This document shows positions 10,099 through 19,963 of a stretch of 32,000 nucleotides of DNA, in pieces (the stretch's first letter is position 1; each line of letters begins with the position of its first letter). A program made the translations under genes and the position numbers. Source of the stretch: Phycisphaera mikurensis NBRC 102666 (GTDB taxonomy: Bacteria; Planctomycetota; Phycisphaerae; Phycisphaerales; Phycisphaeraceae); assembly GCF_000284115.1 (NCBI RefSeq), contig NC_017080.1, positions 1,470,001 to 1,502,000 of the forward strand. The letters are read 5' to 3'. The notes beneath the pieces are model-generated. The model made no database searches. It worked only from the letters and a program-made list of their open reading frames with translations, and had not been told where the DNA came from.

Positions 10099-11442
10099 AT
10101 GGCCGCACCCGACGATCCCGCCCCCTCCCGCCCGCTCCGCGTCGGCCTGCTCGGGCTGGGGACGGTGGGAGCGGCGGTGGCCCGCCTGCTCCGGGACAAC
10201 CGCGAGCTCTACGCGCAACGCGCGGGGCGGCCGATCGACGTCGGCCCGGTGGTGGTGCGGGACGTGGCCAGGGCCCGCGGGCGGGGCGTGGTGGACCCCG
10301 CGTTGGTTTCCGACGACCCCGCGACGCTCGACGCCGCGGGCGTGGACGTGCTGGTCGAGGTCGCCGGCGGCAAGGACGCGGCGAAGGCCGCCATCGCCGA
10401 CGCCCTGCGGGCCGGCCGCCACGTGGTCACGGCCAACAAGGCGCTGCTCGCCAGTGACGGGCCGGAGCTGTTCGCCCTCGCCCGCGAGCACGGCGCCGCC
10501 GTCGCCTTTGAGGCCAGCTGCGTGGCCGGCGTCCCGATTGTCGCGGGGCTGGTCCAGGGGTTGATGAGCAATCGGTTCCGCCGGCTCGATGGCATCCTCA
10601 ACGGCACCTGCAACTTCATCGGCACCGCCATGGAGCGCGACGGGCGGTCCTACGCCGAGGCGCTGGCGGAGGCGAAGCGGCTGGGCTACGCCGAGGCCGA
10701 CGAGACGCTGGACGTGAGCGGGGCGGACGCCGCCTCCAAGCTGGCGATCCTCGCCTCGCTGGCCTTCGGGGTGGCGGTCCGCGACCGCGACGTCCCGATG
10801 GCGGGCATCGACGCGCTCGACGCCATGGACACGCGTTTCGCGGCATCGATGGGATTCGGCATCAAGCTGATCGCCTCGGCCATCCGGGGGCCCGGCGGCT
10901 CGCTGCACCTCTCGGCCTCCCCCTGCCTCGTCGCCGACGACCACCCGCTCCACGCGGTCACCGGCTCGACGAACGCGCTGTGCGTGGAGGCCGATCCCGT
11001 CGGCCGCGTGGTCCTGCAGGGGCCCGGGGCCGGCGGCGGCGAGACGGCCGCGGGCGTCGTCAGCGACCTGCTCGGCGTCGCGACCGGGTCCTACCCATCG
11101 CTGTTCGCGGCGTCGGGGCTCTGGCCGGATCGGCGGGCCGCCGCGGAGCCCGCGGCCCCGGGGCAGCTGCCCGGCCGCTTCTACCTGCGGGTCCGCGTGG
11201 CGGACGAGCCGGGTGTGGTGGGGCGGCTGGCGTCGGCGCTGGGTGCCGAGGGCATCTCGCTGTCGGCGTTCCACCAGCAGGAGGCGGTGCCCGGCGCGGA
11301 CGGGGTGCCGGTGGTGCTGCTCACGCACCACACCACGCGGGAGCGGGTGGACGCCGGGTGCCGGGCCTTCGGCGGCGACGCCGCGCTCCGTGGCGAGCCC
11401 GTGGTGATGCGCGTGCTGGGGCGCGAAGAAGCGGCCGGCTGA
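10099..11442 (+). CDS. hom: Homoserine dehydrogenase
   Basis: 447 aa; VGLLGLGTVGAAVARLL, VVTANKALLA, ILNGTCNFIGTAM, AEADETLDVSGADAASKLAIL, GPGAGGGETAAGVVSDLL, C-terminal ACT-like domain. Confidence 0.95.
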   Translation: MAAPDDPAPSRPLRVGLLGLGTVGAAVARLLRDNRELYAQRAGRPIDVGPVVVRDVARARGRGVVDPALVSDDPATLDAAGVDVLVEVAGGKDAAKAAIADALRAGRHVVTANKALLASDGPELFALAREHGAAVAFEASCVAGVPIVAGLVQGLMSNRFRRLDGILNGTCNFIGTAMERDGRSYAEALAEAKRLGYAEADETLDVSGADAASKLAILASLAFGVAVRDRDVPMAGIDALDAMDTRFAASMGFGIKLIASAIRGPGGSLHLSASPCLVADDHPLHAVTGSTNALCVEADPVGRVVLQGPGAGGGETAAGVVSDLLGVATGSYPSLFAASGLWPDRRAAAEPAAPGQLPGRFYLRVRVADEPGVVGRLASALGAEGISLSAFHQQEAVPGADGVPVVLLTHHTTRERVDAGCRAFGGDAALRGEPVVMRVLGREEAAG

Positions 11443-11486
11443 ACCTGCGCCGTCCCCCCGGCCCCGACGCCGCCGGGGCCGGACGC

Positions 11487-11843
11487 TCAGCCGGCCGCGA
11501 GGGCCGCGGCCCTTGCGTCGAGCTCCGCGACGAAGCGGCCGCGGGGCATCGCCTCGGCGCCGGCGGCGGCGGCGGCCCGCAGCCGTCCGGCGTCGACGTG
11601 CGGCCCGAAGGCGAGCACGTCCGCTCGCCCCGCCGCCATCGCGATCAGCTCCAGCGCGTCCTCCCGCTCCAGGTCCACCCACACCGCGGCGACCGGGCCG
11701 TTGGGCTTGCCGTCCTCCACCCGGTCGAGCCGGGCCCGCAGCATCGCCGTGCTCCGCGCCGGGCGGGCGGTGGCGCCGGCCGCTCGGGTGGCGGAGGCGA
11801 TCTTCGAGGCGAACAGGAGGTCGTTGCAGGCGTAAACGAGCAT
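11487..11843 (-). CDS. Small conserved-looking hypothetical protein
   Basis: 118 aa, ATG start, strong GC3 pattern, fits between two confident + strand genes; MLVYACNDLLFASKIASATRAAG. No confident domain. Confidence 0.5.
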   Translation of the reverse strand: MLVYACNDLLFASKIASATRAAGATARPARSTAMLRARLDRVEDGKPNGPVAAVWVDLEREDALELIAMAAGRADVLAFGPHVDAGRLRAAAAAGAEAMPRGRFVAELDARAAALAAG

Positions 11844-11902
11844 CTGCCGAAGACCCTAAACGCCGCCTCACGCGGCGCACCTCCCCGCCGAAGAAGCCCG
11901 AC

Positions 11903-13231
11903 ATGAGCGAAAGCGTCGACCGCCCCGCAACCGAGCCCGCTCCCGAAGCCGGGGAGGCCATCGCCTTCCGCCCGACCCGCCACACGCTGTACCAGGAGAC
12001 GATCGGCAGCGTCATGCACGCCTGCGACCTGCTCGACCAGCCGCAGCACCTCCGGCTGATCCTCGCCGAGCCCAAGACCGAGGTGATGGTCCACTTCCCG
12101 GTGAAGATGGACGACGGGGAGTACCGGCTGTTCAAGGGCTACCGCGTCCAGCACAACAACATCCTCGGGCCCTTCAAGGGCGGCATCCGCTACCACCCCG
12201 ACGTCTCGCTGGACCACGTGAAGAGCCTCGCGGTGCTCATGACGATGAAGTGCTCGCTCGCGCGGCTGCCGCTCGGCGGCGCCAAGGGCGGCGTGCAGTG
12301 CGACCCGCGAGCGCTGAGCCCGAGCGAGGCGATGCGCCTGACGCGGCGTTTCACCTCCGCCCTCGGCGACAACATCGGCCCCGCCCACGACATCCCCGCG
12401 CCCGACGTCGGAACGACCGCCGCGATGATGGGGTGGATGGCGGACACCTACATCAACATCTCCGACGCCCGCGGTCGCTCCAACGGGCAGGCGGTGGTGA
12501 CCGGCAAGCCGGTGGCCTTCGGCGGCTCGGCGGGCCGCGAGAAGGCGACCGGCCAAGGCCTCGTCTACGTGCTGCAGCAGACCCTGCCCGAGCTGGACGT
12601 CGACCCCGCGGCCATGTCGGTGTCGGTGATCGGCTACGGCAACGTGGGCTCGTGGACGAGCCGGATCCTCGCCAAGGGCGGCGCCCGGATCGAGGCGGTG
12701 ATGGACCACACCGGCGCCGTCCACAAGCCCGGCGGCCTGGACACCGAGGCGCTCGCGCAGCACGTCGAGTCCGCCGGGGGCGTCGGCGGCTTCGGCGGCG
12801 CCGAGCCGATCGACACGCCGACCTTCTACGGCCTCGGCGTCGACGTGCTGATCCCCGCCGCCCTCGAGCAGATGATCACCGAGACCGAGGCGCAGCACGT
12901 CAACGCGCGGGTCGTCGCCGAGGCGGCGAACGCGCCGACGACCCCCGCCGGCGACGCCGTGCTCGCCGAGCGCGGCATCGAGGTGCTGCCCGCGATCCTG
13001 TGCAACGCCGGCGGTGTCTGCGTCTCGTACATGGAGTGGCGGCAGAACCGCGCGGCGGAGACCTGGGCGCTGGAGCGGGTGGACCGGGAGCTGCGCGACC
13101 TCATGAACGCCGCCGCCCAGCGGGTGAAGCTCGCCCGCCACCGCTTCGGCTGCGACATGCGGACCGCGGCGTACGTCGCGGCGCTCGACCGCATCGGCGA
13201 CGTCTACAGCGTCCGCGGCATCTTCCCGTGA
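11903..13231 (+). CDS. Glu/Leu/Phe/Val dehydrogenase (glutamate dehydrogenase)
   Basis: 442 aa from ATG at 11903; [79 protein letters not shown]. Confidence 0.95.
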   Translation: MSESVDRPATEPAPEAGEAIAFRPTRHTLYQETIGSVMHACDLLDQPQHLRLILAEPKTEVMVHFPVKMDDGEYRLFKGYRVQHNNILGPFKGGIRYHPDVSLDHVKSLAVLMTMKCSLARLPLGGAKGGVQCDPRALSPSEAMRLTRRFTSALGDNIGPAHDIPAPDVGTTAAMMGWMADTYINISDARGRSNGQAVVTGKPVAFGGSAGREKATGQGLVYVLQQTLPELDVDPAAMSVSVIGYGNVGSWTSRILAKGGARIEAVMDHTGAVHKPGGLDTEALAQHVESAGGVGGFGGAEPIDTPTFYGLGVDVLIPAALEQMITETEAQHVNARVVAEAANAPTTPAGDAVLAERGIEVLPAILCNAGGVCVSYMEWRQNRAAETWALERVDRELRDLMNAAAQRVKLARHRFGCDMRTAAYVAALDRIGDVYSVRGIFP

Positions 13232-13305
13232 TCGGCGGGGTCCTGCTTGGTCCGCGGCCGCGGCGGGACCGGAAACGCCGACCGCGGCATCCATTACGCT
13301 CGGAC

Positions 13306-14832
13306 ATGGAAGCCTCCAACCGTGCCAGCGGTGAGTCCCGGATCGTCTCCGACGGGATCACCTTCGACGACCTGCTGCTGCTGCCCAGCTTCAGCGACTT
13401 CGTTCCCAACGAGGTGGACACGTCGGCCCCGCTCACGCGGAACCTCACGCTCAACGTGCCGCTGGTGTCGGCGCCGATGGACACGGTGACCGAGTCGGCC
13501 CTGGCGATCGGCCTGGCCCAGGAGGGCGGGCTGGGCGTCATCCACAAGAACCTCTCGGTGGAGGCGCAGTGCCGCGAGGTGACGAAGGTGAAGCGATCCG
13601 CCAACGGCGTGATCCCCGACCCGCACGTGCTGCCGCCGGACGCCCGGGCTTCCGAAGCCCGCTCGCTGATGCGGACGCAGAACATCTCCGGCGTGCCGAT
13701 CACCGAGGGCGGCGTGCGGAACGGCCGCGTCGTCGGCATCGTCACCCGCCGCGACATGCTCTTCCTCTCCGAGGACGACACGCCGCTGTCGGAGGTCATG
13801 AGCACCCGGCTGATCACCGGCCGGCCGGGCACGACGCTCCCCGAGGCGGAGACGATCCTGAAGGAGCAGAAGGTCGAGAAGCTGCTGCTGGTCGACGGCG
13901 ACGGCCGGCTGACCGGGCTCATCACGATGAGCGACATCGCCAAGCAGGACCGCTTCCCGCTGGCCTGCCGCGACGGCCAGGGGCGGCTGCGGGTGGGCGC
14001 CGCCGTGGGCGTGCACCAGCTGGAGCGCGTGGAGGCGCTGCTCGCCGCCGAGGCCGACGTCATCAGCGTCGACTCGGCGCACGGCCACTCGGCCAACGTG
14101 CTGCAGAGCGTCCGCGACATCAAGGCGGCGTTCCCGAGCGCCGACGTGATCGCCGGCAACGTGGCGACCGAGGCCGGCGCCCGCGACCTCGTCGAGGCCG
14201 GCGTGGACGCGGTGAAGGTGGGCATCGGCCCCGGCTCGATCTGCACCACGCGGATCGTCTCGGGCGTGGGCGTGCCGCAGATCACCGCGATCTTCGACGC
14301 CTGCCGTGCCGCGACCCCGGCGGGCGTCCCGGTGATCGCCGACGGCGGCATCCGCCACAGCGGCGACATCACCAAGGCGCTCGCGGCCGGCGCGAGCACG
14401 GTGATGCTCGGCAGCCTCTTCGCGGGACTCGACGAGAGCCCCGGGGACCTCATCATCCACGGCGGCCGCCGCTACAAGCAGTACCGCGGCATGGGCAGCG
14501 AGGGCGCCATGCTCGCCGGCTCGGCCGACCGCTACAGCCAGAAGGGCGAGACCCGCCGCGACAAGCTCGTGCCCGAGGGCGTGGAGGGCCGCGTCCCGTT
14601 CCGCGGGATGCTCGCGGATTTCGTCTACCAGATGGTCGGCGGCCTGCGGGCGGGCATGGGGTACTGCGGCACGCCGGACCTCTCCGCCCTGCGGACCCGC
14701 TCGCGCTTCACCCGCGTGAGCGCCGCGAGCATGGCCGAGAGCCACCCCCACGACATCCGCATCACCCGCGAGAGCAAGAACTACTCGCCGAGCCAGGCGA
14801 TCGGCGGCGGCGACGCCGACGGCGAGGACTGA
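13306..14832 (+). CDS. guaB: Inosine-5'-monophosphate dehydrogenase
   Basis: 508 aa; [22 protein letters not shown], two CBS domains, [69 protein letters not shown]. Confidence 0.97.
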   Translation: MEASNRASGESRIVSDGITFDDLLLLPSFSDFVPNEVDTSAPLTRNLTLNVPLVSAPMDTVTESALAIGLAQEGGLGVIHKNLSVEAQCREVTKVKRSANGVIPDPHVLPPDARASEARSLMRTQNISGVPITEGGVRNGRVVGIVTRRDMLFLSEDDTPLSEVMSTRLITGRPGTTLPEAETILKEQKVEKLLLVDGDGRLTGLITMSDIAKQDRFPLACRDGQGRLRVGAAVGVHQLERVEALLAAEADVISVDSAHGHSANVLQSVRDIKAAFPSADVIAGNVATEAGARDLVEAGVDAVKVGIGPGSICTTRIVSGVGVPQITAIFDACRAATPAGVPVIADGGIRHSGDITKALAAGASTVMLGSLFAGLDESPGDLIIHGGRRYKQYRGMGSEGAMLAGSADRYSQKGETRRDKLVPEGVEGRVPFRGMLADFVYQMVGGLRAGMGYCGTPDLSALRTRSRFTRVSAASMAESHPHDIRITRESKNYSPSQAIGGGDADGED

Positions 14833-14881
14833 CGCGGGAGGTGGGGCGGGCCGGGCCGGAACCTGGAACGAGCGGAAACCT

Positions 14882-14960
14882 CGGGTGCCACGCCGCTTGA
14901 GGGTTGGCGGGCGCGGGAGATCGTCGCGACGCGGCCACCCCCCAAGGGGCGTGGCACCCG
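14882..14960. repeat. Long inverted repeat downstream of guaB
   Basis: CGGGTGCCACGCC (14882-14894) is the exact reverse complement of GGCGTGGCACCCG (14948-14960); arms continue inward imperfectly (12/16) to leave a 21-nt loop. Confidence 0.8.
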
Positions 14961-15048
14961 GGGACCTCGGACAAGCGGCCCTGCACCGACGTCCTGAGCA
15001 TGTGGCCCCAAGAGACGCGGCGAGGGTCGAGAGCTTTAGGCTCTGGCG

Positions 15049-16863
15049 ATGAGACGCCTTCTCCTCGCCGCCTGCCTGCTCCTGCCGCTGCCGGCCGACG
15101 CCGAGGCGGTCGCCGCCTTCCATTGGGCGGGCGCCAAGGCCGCCGCGGACGCGGGCTACGCCGGCTCCCGCACCGAGGCGCTGGTCGCGGAGATGGACCC
15201 CGCGGCGATCGCCGGCGCGGCCGGCCGCGTGGCGGCGGCGCTGGCGGCCCGCGCCGACGAGCCCGACGTCGCCGAGGGGCTCGCGACGATCCGGCGGCTG
15301 CGGGCGGCGACGTTCCAGAACCCGGTCACGGCGTGGATCAACGCGGACGGCGTGGGGAAGGCGTCGCTCTCGGGCGCGATCCGCTGGTCGGTCCCCGACG
15401 CCGGCGAAGCGGAGGCGCTCGCGGCGGAGCTGACGGACCTGCTCCACGAGTTCGGCCACCCCGACCGCTGGAGCGTCGGCCGGGGCGGCGGGGCGGTGAC
15501 GCTCGCCTACGGCGAGGCGGGGGACGCGCCGGAGGCCCCCGCCGCGGACGAGGCGGTCCTCGCCCTCGACGTCGACGTAACCCGGCTCCTCGGCGCCGTC
15601 GAGCCCGCGGCCCGCGAAGCCCTCGCCGATGTCGACGGCGAGGTGCCGCCGGCCTACGACGCGGTGCTGGAGGTCCTCCACCCCGCCGGCATCGAGCGGT
15701 TCGCCGTCCGGCAGTTCTTCCGCGACGGGCTCTGGGCGACCGAGGCGAGCCTGGCCGCCCCCGCGCCGCGGCGCGGCCTCGCGCAGCTGCTGATCGACAC
15801 ACCCGCCGTCGAGGACGCCGACCTCGTCGCCGTCCCGGCCGCCGCCCCGATCGTCGCGGCCTTCGGCCTCGACCTCCGGGCCGCCTACGCGCTGGCCCGC
15901 GAAGCGGTCGCCGCGGCGGACCCCTCGCTCTTGGAAAGGCTCGACGAGCAGCTGCAGAGCGTGCGGGACGGCTTCGGCGTCGACGTGGAAGGGGGGATCC
16001 TCGACGCCTTCGGCGCGGTGCACACGGTCTTCCAGGATCCCGACGCGGCCGGAACCTCTTCGCTGGGCCTGGTCTTCGGCACCCGGCTGCGGGACGCCGA
16101 GGCCTTCGCGGAGGCCCTCGACACGCTCGCGGATCTCGCGAACGGCTTCGTCGAGGCGCAGACGCGGGACCTGTGGATCTCCGGCCGGGTGTTCAGCTCC
16201 CAGCGGGAGGGCGTGGAGGTCTCCACGGTGCCGCTGCCGGGGATCTCGCCGACCTGGGCCGTCGTTGACGGCACGTTCCTGCTCGGCCTCTACCCGCAGA
16301 CGCTGACCGCCGTACTCGAACGCCGTGCCGCCGGCGGCGGCACGATCCTCGGCACGCCCGCCTTCGCCGAGGCCCTCGCGGACGGACGCGCAGCGGCGGG
16401 CGCCGGCGGCGTGACCTCGGTCTCCTTCGTCGACCTGCCCGCCCTCGCCCCGCAGGCCTGGGGCAGCCTGCTCGTGCTCGAGCACGTCGGCACCGGCTTG
16501 GCCTCGATGACCTCCCGCGAGCCGGTGCCGGCGGTGCTCCCCCCCTACGCCCGGGTCCGCCCGCTGCTGATGGCTTCCACGGGCGCGGGGTGGCCGACGG
16601 AGGAGGGCTCGACCTCCGCGGCGGTCGCTCCCTTCCCCGGCTCGTCGCTCCTCGGGGGCGGAAGCGACGGCGGCGTGTCGGCGCTCTTCACGCTCCCGGG
16701 CCTCATGACGGGCATCTGGCAGGGCAGCGGCGACGTGATCGACGACGGCGGCTACAACGGCTTCCCCGATGCCGATGATCCGTTCGAGATCCCGACGCCT
16801 CCGCCGGCGCCTGGCGCTGTGCCTCCGCCGGCTCCGCCGCCGCCTTCGCCCTTCGGCGACTAA
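15049..16863 (+). CDS. Secreted hypothetical protein
   Basis: 604 aa; signal peptide MRRLLLAACLLLPLPADAEA; Pro-rich C-terminus TPPPAPGAVPPPAPPPPSPFGD; no domain recognised by eye. Confidence 0.7.
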   Translation: MRRLLLAACLLLPLPADAEAVAAFHWAGAKAAADAGYAGSRTEALVAEMDPAAIAGAAGRVAAALAARADEPDVAEGLATIRRLRAATFQNPVTAWINADGVGKASLSGAIRWSVPDAGEAEALAAELTDLLHEFGHPDRWSVGRGGGAVTLAYGEAGDAPEAPAADEAVLALDVDVTRLLGAVEPAAREALADVDGEVPPAYDAVLEVLHPAGIERFAVRQFFRDGLWATEASLAAPAPRRGLAQLLIDTPAVEDADLVAVPAAAPIVAAFGLDLRAAYALAREAVAAADPSLLERLDEQLQSVRDGFGVDVEGGILDAFGAVHTVFQDPDAAGTSSLGLVFGTRLRDAEAFAEALDTLADLANGFVEAQTRDLWISGRVFSSQREGVEVSTVPLPGISPTWAVVDGTFLLGLYPQTLTAVLERRAAGGGTILGTPAFAEALADGRAAAGAGGVTSVSFVDLPALAPQAWGSLLVLEHVGTGLASMTSREPVPAVLPPYARVRPLLMASTGAGWPTEEGSTSAAVAPFPGSSLLGGGSDGGVSALFTLPGLMTGIWQGSGDVIDDGGYNGFPDADDPFEIPTPPPAPGAVPPPAPPPPSPFGD

Positions 16864-16907
16864 GCGGGAGGCTCCCGGCGGCGCCGCGTCGATCCAGGAG
16901 GCGGCCG

Positions 16908-16929
16908 CGGTGCCGCGGCCGCGGCACCG
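16908..16929. repeat. 22-bp perfect palindrome
   Basis: CGGTGCCGCGGCCGCGGCACCG equals its own reverse complement. Confidence 0.85.
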
Positions 16930-17158
16930 GCCCGGGCCCGATCCGCCCGCGGGATCCGCGGACCGTCACCTCCAGCCCGTCGGAAGCCCGGCGGTCCGCG
17001 GCGAAGCCCCGCCCGATCCGCCGCCCGCCCCCGCGGAACCCGACCCGTTTCTAGACTCGCCGCCCCCGGCTCCGGCGGCTGCTCCCGAGCCGCCGCACGC
17101 CGCCGCGCCTCCCGCCGACCCGACCGCCGCCCCCGCGGACACCCCCCGAGAACCCCCG

Positions 17159-18544
17159 ATGCCGATCCAGATCGAGATGCCCCGCCTGTCCGACACCATG
17201 GAAGAGGGCACGCTGGTGAAGTGGCGCGTGGCGGTCGGCGACAAGGTGAACGCTCAGGACGTCATCGCCGATGTCGAGACCGACAAGGCGACGATGGAGG
17301 TGCCCGTCTTCGACGAGGGCACGATCGCGAGGCTCGCGGTGGACGAGGGCGCGACGGTGCCGGTGGGCGAGGTGATGTGCGTCATCGCCGAGGCCGGGGA
17401 AGACGTGGAGGCCGCGGCGGCCGCGGGCGGCGGCGAGAAGAAGGAGGCGGCCGCGCAGCCGAAGGAGTCGACGGAGCAGCGCGCGGAGGAGACCTCCGCC
17501 GACGGCGGCGCCGACTCGATCGCGTCTTCGCAGGACAACGCCGGCCCGGCCGCCTCGTCCTCCGGGAGCGGCGGCGGTCGCGTGAAGATCTCCCCGCTCG
17601 CCCGCAAGCTCGCCGACGAGCACGGCGTGGACGTGAACGCGATCGAGGGCTCCGGGCCCGGCGGCCGCATCATCAAGCGGGACGTCCTGGAGGCCGCCAA
17701 GGGCGGCGGCGGCGGGGTTTCTGCCTCCGCCGGGAAGAGCGAGCGGGAGGCAGAGCCAGCGTCCACGCCCGCGCCGAAGCCGGTGGAGGCACCGTCGGGG
17801 GTCGCCTCGCACGGGGTCGGCCCCGGGCTGGAGGCCAAGACCGTCCAGCTCTCGGGCATGCGGAAGACGATCGCCCGCCGGCTCGTCGAGAGCAAGACCG
17901 GCGTGCCGCACTTCCAGGTCTCCGTCGCGGTGGCCATGGACGAGCTGATGTCGCTGCGGGCGACCATCAACGGCCAGCTCAAGGAGCAGGGCGTCAAGAT
18001 CAGCGTGAACGACTTCGTGATGAAGGCGATCGCGATGAGCTGCGTCCAGCACCCGGTCGTCAACGCCAGCTTCGGCGGCGACGAGATCGTCTACCACGGC
18101 AGCGTCAACGTCGGGGTGGCGATCGCCCTGCCGATCTCCGCGGACGGCACCGGTGGCGGGCTGCTGGTGGCCACCGTGCGCGGGGTGGAGTCCAAGGGTC
18201 TCCGGGCGATCAGCAACGAGGTGAAGACGCTCGCGGGCAAGGCACGCTCCGGCGGGCTCTCGCCGCAGGAGATGGCCGACTCGACCATCGCGATCAGCAA
18301 CCTGGGCATGCCGCAGTACGGCGTGACCAGCTTCTCGGCGATCGTGAACCCGCCCAACGCGGCGATCATCGCGGTCGGTGCGGCGCTGGAGAAAGCCGTC
18401 GTCCGCGACGGCCAGCTCGCGGTCGGGCTGGAGATGTCGGTGACGCTCTCCGGCGACCACCGCGTGATCGACGGCGCCGTTGCCGGCGAGTACCTCGCCA
18501 CGCTGCGATCAATGCTCGAGAACCCCGCCTCTCTGCTCGTCTGA
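17159..18544 (+). CDS. Dihydrolipoamide acyltransferase (E2) of a 2-oxoacid dehydrogenase complex
   Basis: 461 aa; lipoyl domain VETDKATMEV, peripheral-subunit-binding domain KISPLARKLADEHGVDVNAIEGSGPGGRIIKRDVL, catalytic domain ending LSGDHRVIDGAVAGEYL (HRVxDG). Start ATG at 17159. Confidence 0.94.
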   Translation: MPIQIEMPRLSDTMEEGTLVKWRVAVGDKVNAQDVIADVETDKATMEVPVFDEGTIARLAVDEGATVPVGEVMCVIAEAGEDVEAAAAAGGGEKKEAAAQPKESTEQRAEETSADGGADSIASSQDNAGPAASSSGSGGGRVKISPLARKLADEHGVDVNAIEGSGPGGRIIKRDVLEAAKGGGGGVSASAGKSEREAEPASTPAPKPVEAPSGVASHGVGPGLEAKTVQLSGMRKTIARRLVESKTGVPHFQVSVAVAMDELMSLRATINGQLKEQGVKISVNDFVMKAIAMSCVQHPVVNASFGGDEIVYHGSVNVGVAIALPISADGTGGGLLVATVRGVESKGLRAISNEVKTLAGKARSGGLSPQEMADSTIAISNLGMPQYGVTSFSAIVNPPNAAIIAVGAALEKAVVRDGQLAVGLEMSVTLSGDHRVIDGAVAGEYLATLRSMLENPASLLV

Positions 18545-18600
18545 CGGCGCAGCAGGCCCGGCAGGCCCCGCGTGCGGGCCGCTCTCGGATCCGCGGACCG

Positions 18601-19197
18601 TCAGTCTTTTCCGGGCGGATCGACCGCGGTCCGCGGCCCCTCGGCGTCGTGGTTGACGAGGCCCTTGAGCAGCGAGGGGTCCAGCGGCTGGTCGCCGTGC
18701 AGCACGGAGACGTCGCCGGTCGACTCGACCACGACGGCCTGCACCTCGCTGGGTTGCAGCGCGTTCGCCTCGCGGAGCTTCGCGTAGAGGTCGTCCTCGG
18801 TCAGCCGGGCCGCCGCCATGCCTTCGGGCAGCATGCGCCCGTGGCGGAAGACCAGGATCGGCTCGTTGTCGATCAGGTCTTCGGCGGCTTTGCTTCTGGT
18901 CCGCGTGACCGCGACGACGGCCTGGGACGCGAAGAGCGTGGCGAGCACGACCAGGCCGAGCAGCAGCGAGGTGGTGCCGGCGAGCGCGGTGGAGGCGATG
19001 ACCGAGCCGACCGCGATTGTCATCGCGAAGTCGAAGCTGGACATCTTCGCGAAGCTGCGGACGCCCTGGATCCGGCAGAAGAGGATGACCGCGGCGTAGA
19101 CGACGGCGGTGGTCGCCGCCGCGGCGAGCAGCGTCGGGAGGTCGCTCAACCACCAGGAGGAGGCATCGGGCGGAGGTTGCCGGGCGAGTGCGTGCAT
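18601..19197 (-). CDS. DUF421 (YetF/YcaP-like) membrane protein
   Basis: 198 aa; three N-terminal TM segments then RIQGVRSFAKMSSFDFAMTIAVGSVIASTAL, DNEPILVFRHGRMLPEGMAAARLTEDDLYAKLRE. Confidence 0.88.
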   Translation of the reverse strand: MHALARQPPPDASSWWLSDLPTLLAAAATTAVVYAAVILFCRIQGVRSFAKMSSFDFAMTIAVGSVIASTALAGTTSLLLGLVVLATLFASQAVVAVTRTRSKAAEDLIDNEPILVFRHGRMLPEGMAAARLTEDDLYAKLREANALQPSEVQAVVVESTGDVSVLHGDQPLDPSLLKGLVNHDAEGPRTAVDPPGKD

Positions 19198-19207
19198 GGG
19201 GGAGGTT

Positions 19208-19365
19208 TAGCGCACCGCGCGCAATTTTCCGATCGCCTCTGCGGGCGAGTCGTGCCCCTCGCTTCGTCGGCTGCATCGCCCTGCAGGGGCAGGGCTGCTT
19301 CGCCTCCTCACGAGGAACACGACGCGCGGACGCAGGCCGATCGGAAAATTGCGCACGATGCTCTA
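19208..19365. repeat. 158-bp symmetric imperfect palindrome (MITE-like or structured element)
   Basis: Arms 19208-19235 and 19338-19365 are 25/28 inverted matches, including perfect GCGCAATTTTCCGATCG / CGATCGGAAAATTGCGC (19219-19235 / 19338-19354). A central 7-bp stem GCCCTGC-AGGG-GCAGGGC (19278-19295) has exactly the same centre (19286.5). Confidence 0.75.
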
Positions 19366-19393
19366 GGCACGCCAAGCCGGTACCTTCGTCGGC

Positions 19394-19882
19394 ATGAGCC
19401 AATCTTGCGTCGTCGGCGTGGTCATGGGCAGCCGGAGCGACTGGCCGACGATGGAGGCCGCGGCGGCGGTGCTCGACCGCTTCGGCGTCCCGCACGAGGC
19501 GCGGGTGATCTCCGCCCACCGCACGCCCGAGCGGATGAACCGCTACGCCGCCGACGCCGCCGGGCGCGGCCTTCGAGCCATCATCGCCGGCGCCGGCGGG
19601 GCGGCCCACCTGCCGGGCATGCTCGCGGCGCAGACGGCCGTGCCCGTCCTGGGCGTCCCGGTCCAGAGCCGCGCGCTCCAGGGCCTGGACTCGCTGCTCT
19701 CGATCGCGCAGATGCCCGGCGGAGTCCCCGTCGCCACCTTCGCAATCGGCGAGGCGGGGGCGAAAAACGCGGGGCTGTTCGCCGTTGCCCTGCTCGCGAC
19801 CACGGACGCGGAGCTGGCGGAGAAGCTCGCGGCCTTCCGTCGGGAGCAGGCGGAGGCCGTGGGCGACGATCCCCGCGGCTGA
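19394..19882 (+). CDS. purE: 5-(carboxyamino)imidazole ribonucleotide mutase
   Basis: 162 aa; [90 protein letters not shown]. Confidence 0.97.
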   Translation: MSQSCVVGVVMGSRSDWPTMEAAAAVLDRFGVPHEARVISAHRTPERMNRYAADAAGRGLRAIIAGAGGAAHLPGMLAAQTAVPVLGVPVQSRALQGLDSLLSIAQMPGGVPVATFAIGEAGAKNAGLFAVALLATTDAELAEKLAAFRREQAEAVGDDPRG

Positions 19883-19963
19883 GGCCGGGTAGCGCACGAT
19901 GCTCTAGCTTGGGCGGGGGCCGGCGGACCGCCGGCCGCAGCCGCCCCCGCCGCCGAGCCACCG

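Noticed and set aside
8815-12135. 1106-aa - strand ORF spanning MscS and the region opposite hom and the glutamate dehydrogenase
   Set aside because: Only the C-terminal part (8815-9948) has recognisable MscS sequence; the rest is antisense to strongly supported genes.
13294-16485. 1063-aa - strand ORF opposite guaB and the secreted hypothetical
   Set aside because: Low-information A/G/R/H-rich translation antisense to guaB; GC-driven open frame.
15049-16863. Assigning a function to the secreted 604-aa protein
   Set aside because: Signal peptide is clear but no motif is specific enough; left as hypothetical.
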